In this document: in pieces, positions 1 to 10,890 of the stretch | Layout of the letters: each line of letters starts with the position of its first letter | Numbering within the stretch: position 1 is the stretch's first letter | NCBI GenBank assembly: GCA_017995695.1 | Contig: JAGOIJ010000001.1 | Coordinates: 1-43,336 of the forward strand | Reading direction: 5' to 3' | Length of the DNA stretch: 43,336 nt | DNA from: Candidatus Omnitrophota bacterium | GTDB taxonomy: Bacteria > Omnitrophota > Gorgyraeia > Gygaellales > Profunditerraquicolaceae | Notes under the pieces: generated by a model | The model's input: only the letters and a program-made list of their open reading frames with translations | What the model was told of the DNA's origin: nothing | Database searches by the model: none | Position numbers and translations under genes: made by a program

Positions 1-64
1 GATTTGAACTCGCGATCTTCGCCGTGACAGGGCGACGTGTTAGACCAGGCTACACCACGACCCC
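1..64 (-). tRNA. tRNA-Asp (anticodon GTC), 3' end cut by the window edge
   Basis: The reverse complement reads GGGGTCGTGGTGTAGCCTGGTCTAACACGTCGCCCTGTCACGGCGAAGATCGCGAGTTCAAATC. It has an anticodon stem TCGCC/GGCGA with loop CTGTCAC and a T-loop GTTCAAATC. The acceptor 3' strand lies off-window. Confidence 0.85.
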
Positions 65-169
65 TCATTGGTCTATAGTCTATGGTTAATAGTCTACAGC
101 TAAAGGGATAAACATTGATAGGATGTCAATTGTATCGTAAAATTTGCCCTCTGACAACAGGTTTTTAAC

Positions 170-246
170 TGGTGGGCGATAGAGGACTTGAACCCCTGAC
201 CTTCTGAATGTAAGTCAGACGCTCTAACCAGCTGAGCTAATCGCCC
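170..246 (-). tRNA. tRNA-Val (anticodon TAC), CCA encoded
   Basis: The reverse complement GGGCGATTAGCTCAGCTGGTTAGAGCGTCTGACTTACATTCAGAAGGTCAGGGGTTCAAGTCCTCTATCGCCCACCA folds as a 77-nt cloverleaf with anticodon loop CTTACAT. Confidence 0.92.
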
Positions 247-253
247 AACATTT

Positions 254-643
254 TCAATACGCGCTTTTGATAACTTTATAAGGATCGTCTTCAGAATCCT
301 GCTCGTCGACCTTATTAAATAACTCGCGCTGTTCTTGCGTTAATGCAGCCTGAAGATCAAGCTCTGCCTGAATTTTTATCGCCGACACCTTATCTCCGGC
401 CTCATCAAGCACAAGAGCAATATCTGCCTTGGATTTATTTAAAATATCGGTAATCTTCTTTTCCTGCTCGGTAGATAAATTCAACTTTTCATCCAAAGCA
501 GCAACGCGCGCCTTAATCCGCTCCTGCCTATCTCTCAGCGTCGGCAGCTTGGTTTTTTTGTTTTCCAGCATCTTGGCAAAAATAACGCTACTCGTAAAAC
601 AAATAACACAAAGCATCACTACCGCAGAAACTTTATTTTTCAT
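254..643 (-). CDS. Exported small protein with two LTxxQ-type motifs (Spy/CpxP-like periplasmic protein)
   Basis: 129 aa with an N-terminal signal-like hydrophobic segment. The rest is charged and helical, with LSTEQEKKI and LTQEQRELF motifs. Confidence 0.5.
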   Translation of the reverse strand: MKNKVSAVVMLCVICFTSSVIFAKMLENKKTKLPTLRDRQERIKARVAALDEKLNLSTEQEKKITDILNKSKADIALVLDEAGDKVSAIKIQAELDLQAALTQEQRELFNKVDEQDSEDDPYKVIKSAY

Positions 644-654
644 ATTGATATCCT

Positions 655-1116
655 TTACGCCGCCGCGATCAGCTTATCCAAAATGCCGAGAATAAATACC
701 ATAACAAAGAGCGCAACGGTTTCGGTCATGCCTAATACGATCAAATAATTAGTAAACCCTTTATTAGTTTCACCCATGGCGTCGCAGGCCGACGCAGCGC
801 ACTTTCCTTGCCAGTATGCCGAAAGGCCGATGGCCAAACCGCAGAAAGCGCCAATACCCCACGCATACTGTCCCTTTTCCGCAAGCAGGTAAAGCTTATC
901 CATAACAATCTTGCCGTAGATAGTCTGGGTAAGAGGCGCGCCAACAAAAGCAACCAACATAAACGAAGCAGCCTTATTCTGGCTGTAATTTTTTTTCCAT
1001 GCGCCGATAGCGCTCATGCCCGCGATCCCAGCACCCGCGCCTGAACCACAGGCAGCAAGCGCCAAAACCAAACTCAATCCTAAATCTTTGAATTGACTTA
1101 CCACGTTTGGATCCAT
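655..1116 (-). CDS. atpK: V-type ATP synthase subunit K (16-kDa proteolipid, 4 TM)
   Basis: 153 aa, glycine/alanine-rich TM hairpins (GSGAGAGIAGMSAIGAWKK) and a carboxylate in the last helix (LGMTETVALF). It is the last gene of the V-ATPase operon. Confidence 0.9.
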   Translation of the reverse strand: MDPNVVSQFKDLGLSLVLALAACGSGAGAGIAGMSAIGAWKKNYSQNKAASFMLVAFVGAPLTQTIYGKIVMDKLYLLAEKGQYAWGIGAFCGLAIGLSAYWQGKCAASACDAMGETNKGFTNYLIVLGMTETVALFVMVFILGILDKLIAAA

Positions 1117-1133
1117 CTTGTTCCTCCCTTTGC

Positions 1134-2915
1134 TTATGAAGACATTTCTTTAAGCGGCCGATACACAATACCATTCCAGGTAACATTGGCGTGCATTGAA
1201 AACTCCAATACATTTAACCGCAAGCCATGGACCAATACCGACATGGGGCCAAGAACAATATTTAACAAGTGCCCCACCACAATAATTAAACTGCCTGCAA
1301 TAACAGCGGTTACGCCTCTGCCTAAACTAGCTGCCATGGCATTGGTTGTTTCTGCAATGGAAACCCCTGCCAACCCAACAGCAAAAAGCCGGATATAAGA
1401 AATAATATCGGAAAGGTTATTCATTAGACCAATCCCAAAACCTGTAGCGGTGAATCCTTCGCCTAAAGATTTTACAATGTTTCTTTGAGGATTAGTAAAA
1501 AATAAAACAAAGACAACGCCCAATGCCAAAAGCCATCCTGCAAAAACGGGGAATGGCTGATTCAAAATGAGGGTGCGCGCCAAGAAAAATCCTGTCCACA
1601 CCAAGCACACCCAACCTATATCTGCCAATGCCGAAGGATGGGGAAATTTAAGCGCAGCCCGCCATGAGTGCGCAATACTAAGATGCACCACGCCAATAGC
1701 AAAACAAATCGCTTGCATAGTGAGCGCATCATTTAGCGCAGGCACCAATGGTTTAATACCAATGCTCGCCAGCCACCCCTGGCCAAAAAAAGTGCCTGTT
1801 AATAATCCCCACACCATTGCACAGCTGCTCAAGAGATAGAAAAAGAGAAATACGTGTGCGTTGTTCCCCTGCTTGCCTTTCTTCTTTTGAAACCATGCAG
1901 TGAGTAAAAAATACGCCAGACCGTAACCTGCATCGCCGATAAGAATGCCGAAAAAGAGGCTAAAAAAAACTAAGAATAACAGACTCACATCCAATTCACG
2001 GTACCCGGGGGTTATCCCCAAAAGATTAAAAAGCGGTTTTATCAAAGTAACCCAGCGCGGATTTTTTAAAAGTGTAGGCACGATATCTTCTTCAGAAGGG
2101 TCCTGAATAAGCAAACCCCATCGTTTTTTTTGCGCAGCTGCCTCAACCACCTGGATGTCGCTTACCGGAACATAACCAGTCAAATAACTAACCGCGCCTT
2201 CCTGCCCCATGCCCGCGAGTGCCTCGTGAAATTCAAGCTTGCTTTCAAAATCCTTGCGCCTTGCGGTAAGAGTTTTACGATAGGCCATATGTTTGCAGAT
2301 ATCATCCTTAATAATCTGCATCATCCTGCCATCTTCATATAAACGAGCGCGCATTGCACTAAGCCCAAGCTTCGGCAAGCTAACCTCTTTGAAGGCAAGC
2401 TCGCTATTATCTGACGCAATCACGACACAGTGCGCGATCCCCCCCGAGGTAAACACGACCTTGCAAATTACCCGCCCAGGCACAGTTGCCACTTCCTTAA
2501 CCGGAATTTCATAGAGCCGCACAAAAATATTCTTTTCGCGTAAACGCACAACGGCATCCGGATCAAAATCGCCCCAGCGTTCCCAATCGCTTATTCTTAA
2601 CGTTAAGGTGCGTGAATACTCCTCAAGCTGCTCCAAGCGCTTACGCAACTCAATCAGATGATGACAGACAAATTTCCAGTCTGAAGGCGCCTCTTGGCTT
2701 TGTTTACCCGCGGCTATCATGAGCCCTGGATCAGCCAATATTGTTTCTGCGTTTGCGATTAACGCGATATCATCGCGCAATTGTTGCACGTGGCTACCCG
2801 CAGGAGCCTGATGATGCTCAACGTGTAACACCCCAAGCGTGCGTAATGCAGATATCGTGGGCTCTGCCTCATGCGCCTGCACCAAGATTGAAACCTTCTT
2901 CATTGGAACAATCAT
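1134..2915 (-). CDS. atpI: V-type ATP synthase subunit I (stator a-subunit homologue)
   Basis: 593 aa with a soluble N-terminal half and a polytopic C-terminal half. It sits between subunits D and K and overlaps the D gene stop by 4 nt. Confidence 0.88.
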   Translation of the reverse strand: MIVPMKKVSILVQAHEAEPTISALRTLGVLHVEHHQAPAGSHVQQLRDDIALIANAETILADPGLMIAAGKQSQEAPSDWKFVCHHLIELRKRLEQLEEYSRTLTLRISDWERWGDFDPDAVVRLREKNIFVRLYEIPVKEVATVPGRVICKVVFTSGGIAHCVVIASDNSELAFKEVSLPKLGLSAMRARLYEDGRMMQIIKDDICKHMAYRKTLTARRKDFESKLEFHEALAGMGQEGAVSYLTGYVPVSDIQVVEAAAQKKRWGLLIQDPSEEDIVPTLLKNPRWVTLIKPLFNLLGITPGYRELDVSLLFLVFFSLFFGILIGDAGYGLAYFLLTAWFQKKKGKQGNNAHVFLFFYLLSSCAMVWGLLTGTFFGQGWLASIGIKPLVPALNDALTMQAICFAIGVVHLSIAHSWRAALKFPHPSALADIGWVCLVWTGFFLARTLILNQPFPVFAGWLLALGVVFVLFFTNPQRNIVKSLGEGFTATGFGIGLMNNLSDIISYIRLFAVGLAGVSIAETTNAMAASLGRGVTAVIAGSLIIVVGHLLNIVLGPMSVLVHGLRLNVLEFSMHANVTWNGIVYRPLKEMSS

Positions 2916-3529
2916 ACCAAAGCCTCTTCCAGCGCAACATCTTCCAATTTGCGCTTAGCGATTTTGCAGCGGCCCACCGCATTAGTCATTTGATCCCCGA
3001 TATAGATTTTAATCAGCCTGATGGTTTCTTTTGCCTCGGGGATCTTCACCTTCTCAAAAAGATTCACCCGCTGATTAGTGATGCGCAGCTCAACGTGCAA
3101 AAGCTGAACCCCTTTCTTGATCAAGCGTATCTCTTCAGCAAGCGCAACCAACCCCCGCGCTGCCTCAATGCCGTTATCAACCCATAAGGGAGTTGTAAAT
3201 AAATCATAGTCTGCTGTGGGAAACTGCGCATGCTCAAAAAGACCGATATCTAACCCCGCAATGTTTTTCTTCTGCGTCAATACCTGCGTTGCTTCAGTCC
3301 AGGAGCGGAAAGCTTCAGGCGCCTCGCTTAATAAACCCGACCAAGACATGACACTTTTCTTCTTTGCCTCAAAAAGGCGCGTTTTCTCTTCAAGAAGCGC
3401 TGCTTGATGCATAATCTCCATCTGCAGCTGCTGTTTTTTAAGTTGCAGGGTAGGCAGATACCGTTCATACTGACGCAAGGCATCGCGCTGCCGTTTTAAT
3501 TCGCCTTTAGTAAATTTAACCTTTGCCAT
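2912..3529 (-). CDS. atpD: V-type ATP synthase subunit D
   Basis: 205 aa. The N-terminus MAKVKFTKGELKRQRDALRQYERYLPTLQLKKQQL is typical of the V/A-type D central-stalk subunit. Confidence 0.9.
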   Translation of the reverse strand: MAKVKFTKGELKRQRDALRQYERYLPTLQLKKQQLQMEIMHQAALLEEKTRLFEAKKKSVMSWSGLLSEAPEAFRSWTEATQVLTQKKNIAGLDIGLFEHAQFPTADYDLFTTPLWVDNGIEAARGLVALAEEIRLIKKGVQLLHVELRITNQRVNLFEKVKIPEAKETIRLIKIYIGDQMTNAVGRCKIAKRKLEDVALEEALV

Positions 3530-3545
3530 TTTCCTTACTCGCTAC

Positions 3546-4841
3546 TCACTCTTTTGGCCAATATTCATCAATCAGCGCTTGCTTGATTCCTGTTTCTTCC
3601 GGCAGAAAACATTCCTTTAAAATATCCCAAGCGCGCTCGAGGGCTTTCTCTAAAGGGATATTAACCTCAAGGGACATCATCTGCTGCTCAAATAATTTCC
3701 CATACTTTAATAATTTAGCATCCCAGGGGCTCATTTGAAAACCCATCGCTTGTTTTTCTAAGGTCTCGCGGTAATTCGCGAATAACTGGATCATGGTATC
3801 CATGATGGTGCGATGATCGCTTCTGGTTTTCCCGTTAACTTGCTGTTTAAGCCGACTTAAGGAACCAAACGGCTCAATCACTTTATTTTTCAAATAAAAC
3901 TGCCCTTCAGTAATATAGCCAGTATTATCAGGCACAGGGTGCGTTACGTCATCGCCGGGCATAGTCGTCACTGCCAACACTGTTATTGATCCGGCGGTAT
4001 CAAAATCAACCGCTTTTTCGTAACGCGCGGCAAGCTGGCTATACAGATCGCCGGGATAGCCGCGGTTTGAAGGAACCTGCTCCATAGTAATGGATATTTC
4101 TTTGAGCGCGTCGCAGAAATTCGTCATATCAGTCAACAACACCAATACCCGTTTGCCCTTAAGAGCGAAATCTTCCGCCACCGCAAGGCTGATATCAGGA
4201 ACCAGGAGGCACTCGACCACAGGATCCGCAGCGGTATGAATGAAAAACACGCACCGCGTCAATGCGCCATTTTCCTCAAGCGTGTCGCGGAAAAATAAAT
4301 AATCATCATGTTTAAGCCCCATCCCGCCTAAGATAATAATATCTATTTCAGCCTGTATGGCGATACGCGCGAGCAATTCATTATACGGTTCGCCTGCAAT
4401 GGAGAAGATCGGCAATTTCTGGGATTCAACCAAAGAATTAAATACGTCGATCATGGGGATACCCGTGCGAATCATCTTGTCAGGAACAACGCGTTTAACC
4501 GGATTAACCGGCGGTCCTGCGATATCAATCATGTTATCAGAGAGCGCCGGGCCGCGGTCAAGAGGCAGGCCGCTTCCATTAAAAATTCTGCCTAACAAAG
4601 ACTCACCTGTTGCAATACGCATGGGACGCCCAAAGAACCGTACCGCATCGCCAGTGGAAATGCCGCGACTTCCAGCAAAAACCTGCAAATACACCTTGGC
4701 ACCATCAAGACGAATTACCTGAGCCAGCGATATTCCTCGACGAGTAGTTACCTGGGCAATATCATTGTTGCCAACGCCCTCTGCCTCAACCGTAATAACG
4801 TCTCCGGCGATTTGAATGATATTAGTATATACCTTACTCAT
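3546..4841 (-). CDS. atpB: V-type ATP synthase subunit B
   Basis: The ORF track gives 3546..4874. I prefer the start at MSKVYTNI (4841), which overlaps the subunit A stop by only 8 nt. The sequence has the B-subunit signature ([38 protein letters not shown]). Confidence 0.93.
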   Translation of the reverse strand: MSKVYTNIIQIAGDVITVEAEGVGNNDIAQVTTRRGISLAQVIRLDGAKVYLQVFAGSRGISTGDAVRFFGRPMRIATGESLLGRIFNGSGLPLDRGPALSDNMIDIAGPPVNPVKRVVPDKMIRTGIPMIDVFNSLVESQKLPIFSIAGEPYNELLARIAIQAEIDIIILGGMGLKHDDYLFFRDTLEENGALTRCVFFIHTAADPVVECLLVPDISLAVAEDFALKGKRVLVLLTDMTNFCDALKEISITMEQVPSNRGYPGDLYSQLAARYEKAVDFDTAGSITVLAVTTMPGDDVTHPVPDNTGYITEGQFYLKNKVIEPFGSLSRLKQQVNGKTRSDHRTIMDTMIQLFANYRETLEKQAMGFQMSPWDAKLLKYGKLFEQQMMSLEVNIPLEKALERAWDILKECFLPEETGIKQALIDEYWPKE

Positions 4842-6588
4842 TGCCACTACCCTCTCTTTTACTTTTTTTCGCATCGAGAAACTCGCGCATTGCCTGCTCG
4901 GCGCGTTTAGCTTCTGGAGAATCCCACGCAGCAGAATTCCATCCCTTGCATTGCTGGGTCAGCTTCTGAAAAAATGAGCGCGCTTCTGCTTTGTCCTTAA
5001 ACGTAAAATCCGACTGGAGGATATCATAGATAAACGAAAAAACATAACGCTGCCGCCCGTCATCGGTTGCCTCATCCACGGGATCAAAGGCATTTTGCTG
5101 CAAATAGGCGGCATCAAGAAATTCGCCTTTAAGATATTCAATAAAATCCTTAAGCGATGTCCCCTCCTCGCCAATAACCTTCATCATTTGCGCAACGTCG
5201 TTACTCTTCTTCAAGATAGCATGTCCGCGCGAAGCCTGCCCGGCGTCAATAAAACTGCGGTACTTAGTCCAGCTGATCAACGGATCAATGGCGGGGTACT
5301 TGCGCGCATTAGAGCGATCCCGCGAAAGACCATGAAACGCGCCGACAACCTTAAGCGTCGCCTGCGTTACTGGCTCCTCAAAATTACCTCCCGCAGGACT
5401 TACCGTGCCGCCGATAGTTACTGATCCAAGCGATCCGTCGTAGAGCTTAACCACTCCTGCTCGCTCGTAAAACGAAGCAATGCGGGATTCAAGATATGCA
5501 GGAAATGCCTCTTCCCCGGGGATCTCCTCCAGCCGGCCAGACATCTCACGCATTGCCTGGGCCCAACGCGACGTTGAATCTGCCAACAATAACACGTGCA
5601 ACCCCATCTGACGGTAATATTCAGCGATGGTCACGGCGGTATACACGCTTGATTCGCGCGCGGCAACCGGCATAGAGCTGGTATTGCAGATAATTACCGT
5701 GCGGTCGCTTAATGGCTTGCCGGTTCGCGGATCATTAATTGTCGGAAATGTTTTTAACGTTTCCACAACTTCTCCTGCCCGCTCCCCGCAAGCCGCAATA
5801 ATAACTACATCAATTTCTGCGTGGCGGCTGGTTAATTGCTGTAAAACAGTTTTACCGGCGCCAAAAGGTCCGGGAATGCAATACGTTCCTCCGCGCGCCA
5901 CAGGAAACAATGAATCGATAATACGCATCTTAGTGACAAGCGGTTCTTGAGGCTTAAGCTTTTCGACAAACGCAGTAATGGGAATCTTTACTGGCCAGCG
6001 CTGTTTCATGAATACAGGATAAAGCTTACCATCTTGATCACGCAATTCAGCAATGGGCTGCTTTGCCGTATACAACCCTTTGGCGGCAATACGCGTTACG
6101 GTAAGCACCCCTGAACACGTTAAAGGCGCCAGGATACAATGCTTGAAGATCTTTTCTGGCACCACGCCGAGTTTTTCGCCGGGCCTGATGGTGTCGCCAA
6201 CATTCACCAAGGGTGTGAATTCCCAGGACAGATCATCGGAGAGTGGCGTTTTATATATACCGCGCTTTAAAAAGAAGCCGCACTCTTTTGCCAGTTCAGG
6301 CAAAGGATTCTGCAGACCATCAAAAATCTGGCCTAATAATCCAGGGCCTAATTCAACGGATAAAAGCTCATCAGAGAAAATAACCTGCTCGCCAACGGTA
6401 AGTCCGGCTGTGCTCTCGTATACTTGTAATTCCGCTAAATTTCCCCGCACCCGGATAACCTCGGCCTTAAGCTGTTCATCGTCATGCAAGAAATAAGCAA
6501 CTTCGTTTTGCACGACATGCGTGTCCGTGCGCACGGTAATCATGTTGGCGTTAATTTTCGCGATCGTACCTGTTCTTTTCGGTTCCAT
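4834..6588 (-). CDS. atpA: V-type ATP synthase catalytic subunit A
   Basis: 584 aa with Walker A GPFGAGKT and the A-subunit non-homologous insert region. Confidence 0.95.
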   Translation of the reverse strand: MEPKRTGTIAKINANMITVRTDTHVVQNEVAYFLHDDEQLKAEVIRVRGNLAELQVYESTAGLTVGEQVIFSDELLSVELGPGLLGQIFDGLQNPLPELAKECGFFLKRGIYKTPLSDDLSWEFTPLVNVGDTIRPGEKLGVVPEKIFKHCILAPLTCSGVLTVTRIAAKGLYTAKQPIAELRDQDGKLYPVFMKQRWPVKIPITAFVEKLKPQEPLVTKMRIIDSLFPVARGGTYCIPGPFGAGKTVLQQLTSRHAEIDVVIIAACGERAGEVVETLKTFPTINDPRTGKPLSDRTVIICNTSSMPVAARESSVYTAVTIAEYYRQMGLHVLLLADSTSRWAQAMREMSGRLEEIPGEEAFPAYLESRIASFYERAGVVKLYDGSLGSVTIGGTVSPAGGNFEEPVTQATLKVVGAFHGLSRDRSNARKYPAIDPLISWTKYRSFIDAGQASRGHAILKKSNDVAQMMKVIGEEGTSLKDFIEYLKGEFLDAAYLQQNAFDPVDEATDDGRQRYVFSFIYDILQSDFTFKDKAEARSFFQKLTQQCKGWNSAAWDSPEAKRAEQAMREFLDAKKSKREGSGNE

Positions 6589-6596
6589 AGTAACCT

Positions 6597-7136
6597 CTAA
6601 ACAATAGTGGCTGAAGGCATGGCGGCCGCAAATAATTTCTGCGCATCTGCACTGCGCACCTGCTCCCAGCGCGTGAGTATCGTGAGTTTTAAACCATACA
6701 CGAGCAAAGCATCAATATCAAAAAAGTGCCCTCTTCCTAACTCTTCAAGAAATTGCCAACGCTCTCGGTCGAGCAGCTGTTCAGCTTCCAACAAAGAAGG
6801 ATTACGGCATGCATTTGCCGCCACATGTACAAGAGCTTGTTCAGCATATCCGTCAGCGCGCGCATATTTGAGCGGATCAAGGTGCTTGCGACCGGCGCGA
6901 ATCCTCACTAACTCATTTTTCAGACGACGGTTAAATGAAGCCCACGCTTGCAAGGTCGGTTGTGCGCCGGCATATTCATGCTCCTTAAGAAGCACCGCTT
7001 GCTTTAGGAAGGCTAAATCCCGCTCGGGAAGGCGGTCATGCGCTAAAGCTATAAGCTGATCTGATGACAAGGGAGGACGCGCATCAAAATGCAGCATTGG
7101 TAAACTAGACATGAGATAATAATAAAACGACGACAT
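6597..7136 (-). CDS. DUF2764-like protein (presumed C/d-like accessory subunit of Bacteroidota/Chlamydia-type V-ATPase operons)
   Basis: 179 aa helical protein in the conserved slot between subunits E and A. The family name comes from my recollection of that operon type, not from a search. Confidence 0.6.
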   Translation of the reverse strand: MSSFYYYLMSSLPMLHFDARPPLSSDQLIALAHDRLPERDLAFLKQAVLLKEHEYAGAQPTLQAWASFNRRLKNELVRIRAGRKHLDPLKYARADGYAEQALVHVAANACRNPSLLEAEQLLDRERWQFLEELGRGHFFDIDALLVYGLKLTILTRWEQVRSADAQKLFAAAMPSATIV

Positions 7137-7145
7137 CGTAGAGTA

Positions 7146-7745
7146 TTATTGTAACAGCTCTTTAAGGGCAGGTGATAACTGCGATAAAAAATATTCACTC
7201 ATCGCCCGATCAGAAAAATCAAAGTGGGATTTTCCAGCATCAAAACTAATAACAAACCCTGCGGTAATATCTTCCCTTGTTTTTAGCGTAACCCCTTGTT
7301 TTATTTGCTGTTTTAACTTAGTCAGAAATTCTCCCTTGAGCTTTTCTTCATCTTCTTTACTCACCATGATCACAATCTCTGAAGAAGTAACAGCGCGATA
7401 CTCACTCATCACCAACTGAGCGATAATCTTAGCAAGCTCCTGCGAGGTCAACGCCTCTTTAACGTTCGCCTTGATAAGCGCCTGCAGCATGGCGGTAATC
7501 TCTTGTTTTAAAGAAAGCATGCAATCCCGGGCTGCTTGGCGCAAAGAAACCTTGGCGCTATCCTGCATTTTCGCTACTCTTTGCTCTGCCTCGGCTTCAA
7601 GCTGCTTCACTTGAGCTTGCGCCTTCTTGACTATTTCATCAGCTTGTTGTTGCGCCCGCGCTTCAATCTGCCGGGCTCTATCTTCTGCCTGCTGGATGCC
7701 CTCTTGTTGAATTTTCTCAATCAATCCTTTAATATCTTCTGCCAT
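7146..7745 (-). CDS. atpE: V-type ATP synthase subunit E
   Basis: 199 aa with a long charged N-terminal helix (QQAEDRARQIEARAQQQADEIVKKAQAQ) and a globular C-terminus. It is the first gene of the operon. Confidence 0.85.
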   Translation of the reverse strand: MAEDIKGLIEKIQQEGIQQAEDRARQIEARAQQQADEIVKKAQAQVKQLEAEAEQRVAKMQDSAKVSLRQAARDCMLSLKQEITAMLQALIKANVKEALTSQELAKIIAQLVMSEYRAVTSSEIVIMVSKEDEEKLKGEFLTKLKQQIKQGVTLKTREDITAGFVISFDAGKSHFDFSDRAMSEYFLSQLSPALKELLQ

Positions 7746-7765
7746 AGCAATTCTCCTGTACAGCT

Positions 7766-8458
7766 TTATTGCAACGATAACAATTTCTTTGCTGCTTGCG
7801 CCGGATCAGACGCTTGCAAGATCGGCCTTCCGACGACTAAATAATCGCTTCCGGCCTTTACTGCCTCGCTCACCGTTGCTGTTCTCTTCTGGTCTTGCGC
7901 TTGCGAACCTTCAGCGCGAATCCCTGGCGTAACAATAACAAAATCTTTTTTAATATTCTGGCGCAACAACCCTGCTTCGCGCGCAGAGCACACAACGCCA
8001 TCCAATCCGCAATCTATGCCAATCGAAGCCAGCGTCAACACATCGCTTGAAACGACCTCTTTACTCGTTAATACGGTCACGCCAATAATCAGCGGCCGGG
8101 TAACGCTCTGTTTTTTTGACTCATCCTGGGCGGCTGAAATCGCCTGCCGCAACATCTCTTCATCGCCTAAAATGTGCACCGTCAGCATCTTTACCTTAAG
8201 GGAAACTGCCTGTCGCACCGCATTAGCCACAGTATTAGGAATATCAAAGAATTTTAAGTCTAAGAAAACTTCTGCTCCTTTGGCGCGGATCACCTCAACT
8301 ACCTTTGGCCCAAAGGCTGTAAATAAATGGATGCCAACCTTAAAAATCTTAATGTCCGGATACAATAGATCGACAAAGCGCGATACCTCGCCGAGAGAAT
8401 CAACGTCTAATGCAAGGATAATATTCGGTTTCTGAATGCCTGTGGCTACTTCTTTCAT
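7766..8458 (-). CDS. pyrF: Orotidine-5'-phosphate decarboxylase
   Basis: 230 aa with motifs ILALDV, DLKFFDIPNTV and LVVGRPI. Confidence 0.92.
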   Translation of the reverse strand: MKEVATGIQKPNIILALDVDSLGEVSRFVDLLYPDIKIFKVGIHLFTAFGPKVVEVIRAKGAEVFLDLKFFDIPNTVANAVRQAVSLKVKMLTVHILGDEEMLRQAISAAQDESKKQSVTRPLIIGVTVLTSKEVVSSDVLTLASIGIDCGLDGVVCSAREAGLLRQNIKKDFVIVTPGIRAEGSQAQDQKRTATVSEAVKAGSDYLVVGRPILQASDPAQAAKKLLSLQ

Positions 8459-9390
8459 TATGCGCTTAGTTTTCCTATAAGGTTATCTAAGGAACGAAGG
8501 TTGTGCTTCTTTACATACCTGGCCAAACCCTCGATAACCTCGATGGTTACCGCTGGTTTGATAAAATTAGCCGTGCCGATACTTACGGCTGTAGCGCCAG
8601 CAATGATAAACTCAAGGGCGCTAGAAGCGTCTATTATACCACCCATTCCAATAATGGGTAGTGGAATTTTCTGATACACCTGCCGCACCATATGCACAGC
8701 AACCGGCCTTATCGCTGGGCCGCTTAAGCCCCCGGAGATCATCGCAATCCTGGGCTTGCGCGTTGCGCTATCAATGGCCATGCCACTAAGCGTATTGATC
8801 AAAGCCAACGCATCAGTCCCAGCATCCGCTGCTGCGCAAGCGATACTCACGATATCCGTTACGTTAGGAGAAAGCTTTGTAATAAGCGTCTTTGTAGTAA
8901 CACGACGAACAGCCTTAACTACCGCATAGGTAGCGCGGTGATCTTGCGCAATCATACTGGGGACCTGGTTACCCGGGGACCTGGTGACTTTAATGTTCGG
9001 GCATGATATATTTAACTCGATCGCCGATACTTCTTTAATACTATCTAATCGTTGCGCCAGCTTAACAAACTCCTGCGGATCTGCCTCAGAGGCAATGCTT
9101 ACGATAAGTGGAATGCCGAGCTTTTTTAAATAAGGTAACTTCTCTTTGATAAACACCTCGATACCAGGGTTTTCAAGACCTATGGAATTCAACATCCCGG
9201 CTGGCGTTTCGCAGGTGCGCGGGGGAAGATTGCCTGCGCGCGGTTTAAGCGTGATCGTCTTAGACACCACTGCGCCCAACTTCTTAAGATCAAGAAAATC
9301 AGCAAACTCCTCTGCATAGCCAAAGGTGCCAGAGGCAACCATAACAGGATTCTTGCATACAAGTTTACCTATCTTGACTGACAAATCCAT
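8458..9390 (-). CDS. pyrD: Dihydroorotate dehydrogenase, class 1B catalytic subunit
   Basis: 310 aa with motifs NPVMVASGTFG, NSIGLENPG, ELNISCPN and GMGGI. Confidence 0.92.
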   Translation of the reverse strand: MDLSVKIGKLVCKNPVMVASGTFGYAEEFADFLDLKKLGAVVSKTITLKPRAGNLPPRTCETPAGMLNSIGLENPGIEVFIKEKLPYLKKLGIPLIVSIASEADPQEFVKLAQRLDSIKEVSAIELNISCPNIKVTRSPGNQVPSMIAQDHRATYAVVKAVRRVTTKTLITKLSPNVTDIVSIACAAADAGTDALALINTLSGMAIDSATRKPRIAMISGGLSGPAIRPVAVHMVRQVYQKIPLPIIGMGGIIDASSALEFIIAGATAVSIGTANFIKPAVTIEVIEGLARYVKKHNLRSLDNLIGKLSA

Positions 9391-9395
9391 AGCAG

Positions 9396-10886
9396 TTATG
9401 CTCCTTGCAATATCGCGGTACGTAGCGGCGAAACAAGTGATTCCGGGGCACCTTCAATGAGAAGGACCATCTGACCTGCGCGCAAGAGCAGCAACGAACC
9501 TTCTTCGGTTTGGTACAAAGCAAGGTGTTCATCCTGGCGCGATTCATCACGCTTAAGCTGCTTGTATTTCTTCTCAATTATTTTTTGATACGCGTCCTTG
9601 AATTCTTCGGCGTCGCGCTGACTATCCCATCGGGAGGATGAAACTAAGAGCAGCGCCTGCGTCTGTTGGTTTTCAAGAAGCACGCACTCATCTCCTGCCC
9701 AGCCCTCCGACATAACTTTCGCCGAGAGTTCATCAATAAAGTGTTTTCCCACTAAATAAAACGTAAATTCTCCCAGCGTTTCGCGATTAATCTCTTTCCA
9801 TGCTGTTCCAGCGACAACAGCACAATCCGGCAACGTTACCTTGTGCGGATTATCACGCGCAAGATAATACTTTTCAGGATGCATAATCTGTTCGGTAGAA
9901 GTAGGCATATCCTGATAAATACGGTCAACCGCTTCCCACCCGCCCGTATTGACGGCGTGTTGGATAAATTGGCCTCCCCACACATATGGAAACAACATTA
10001 CTTCTAGAAATATTGCAGGTTTCGATTCCTTGGTCTTGGAGTGCTTGCTATAAGAAAGCATGGAATCGAGGATGAATGAGCGCAACTCAACCTTACGAGG
10101 AGATTTATTGGTAGGATCTGCGGCGCGGAAAAAAGCGTCATACATCAAAACGGTTGCTTCGCCTTCTACAATACTGCGCTGGGCCAAGGTATGATCTCCA
10201 TCCTGAGTCCGAAAAAGCTCTTCAAGCTTTTCCAAGTCAAAATACTGATCTTGGAGCGCATGGATCTCTTCATGCATAACCGTTAGGCTAGGCAAGCCAG
10301 GCAAAAACTCCGATAATACTTTTTCAGAAACGTAAATCTTTTTTGTTTTGGTATCATAGTATCCAGCGATATTCTTGGACATCGTCTCAAGCACATCCTT
10401 GCCAAAATCCTGCTCGCTCTCAAGCAGGCCCAATCGTTTCAACAATTTCGCATCCGCCGTTAATTGCTGCGCCCCGTATTCCTTTTGGATGGTCATGTTC
10501 ATATTTTGCTGAATTTGTTCCTGCGATACTTTTTCTACGGTCGGCTTGCTCTTAAACTCTCGTTTGCGCGTTTTGACAATGGCGTTAAAGCCTTCCTGCG
10601 CAGTAGCATTGATTGCTTGGTCTTTATCGCCTTTAATAAATGCGTGTACGGTTGACGTCCTTACCCTGGCCTCATCCAATGTTAATCCATCAACGCTTTC
10701 AACATCATCACGGGCAAATGTTATCGAACCCCCGCCAATCCCAACCACAACATTTTTTTCGTCAACCTTTTTAAGATAACCGTTTATCTCGCGACCGCTC
10801 TTCAGCCGCACCACATCTGCCCAGCACGTATAGAAACATGCTAAGAATAGCAACCCGCCTAATACAACCTTCGAGTGTTTTTTCAT
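9396..10886 (-). CDS. Secreted HExxH zinc-metallopeptidase-like protein
   Basis: The ORF track gives 9396..10901. The start MKKHSKVVLGGLLFLACF at 10886 avoids an overlap with the upstream gene. It has a signal peptide, an N-terminal LKSGREINGYL beta-rich module and the motif TVMHEEIHALQ. Confidence 0.55.
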   Translation of the reverse strand: MKKHSKVVLGGLLFLACFYTCWADVVRLKSGREINGYLKKVDEKNVVVGIGGGSITFARDDVESVDGLTLDEARVRTSTVHAFIKGDKDQAINATAQEGFNAIVKTRKREFKSKPTVEKVSQEQIQQNMNMTIQKEYGAQQLTADAKLLKRLGLLESEQDFGKDVLETMSKNIAGYYDTKTKKIYVSEKVLSEFLPGLPSLTVMHEEIHALQDQYFDLEKLEELFRTQDGDHTLAQRSIVEGEATVLMYDAFFRAADPTNKSPRKVELRSFILDSMLSYSKHSKTKESKPAIFLEVMLFPYVWGGQFIQHAVNTGGWEAVDRIYQDMPTSTEQIMHPEKYYLARDNPHKVTLPDCAVVAGTAWKEINRETLGEFTFYLVGKHFIDELSAKVMSEGWAGDECVLLENQQTQALLLVSSSRWDSQRDAEEFKDAYQKIIEKKYKQLKRDESRQDEHLALYQTEEGSLLLLRAGQMVLLIEGAPESLVSPLRTAILQGA

Positions 10887-10890
10887 GGTA

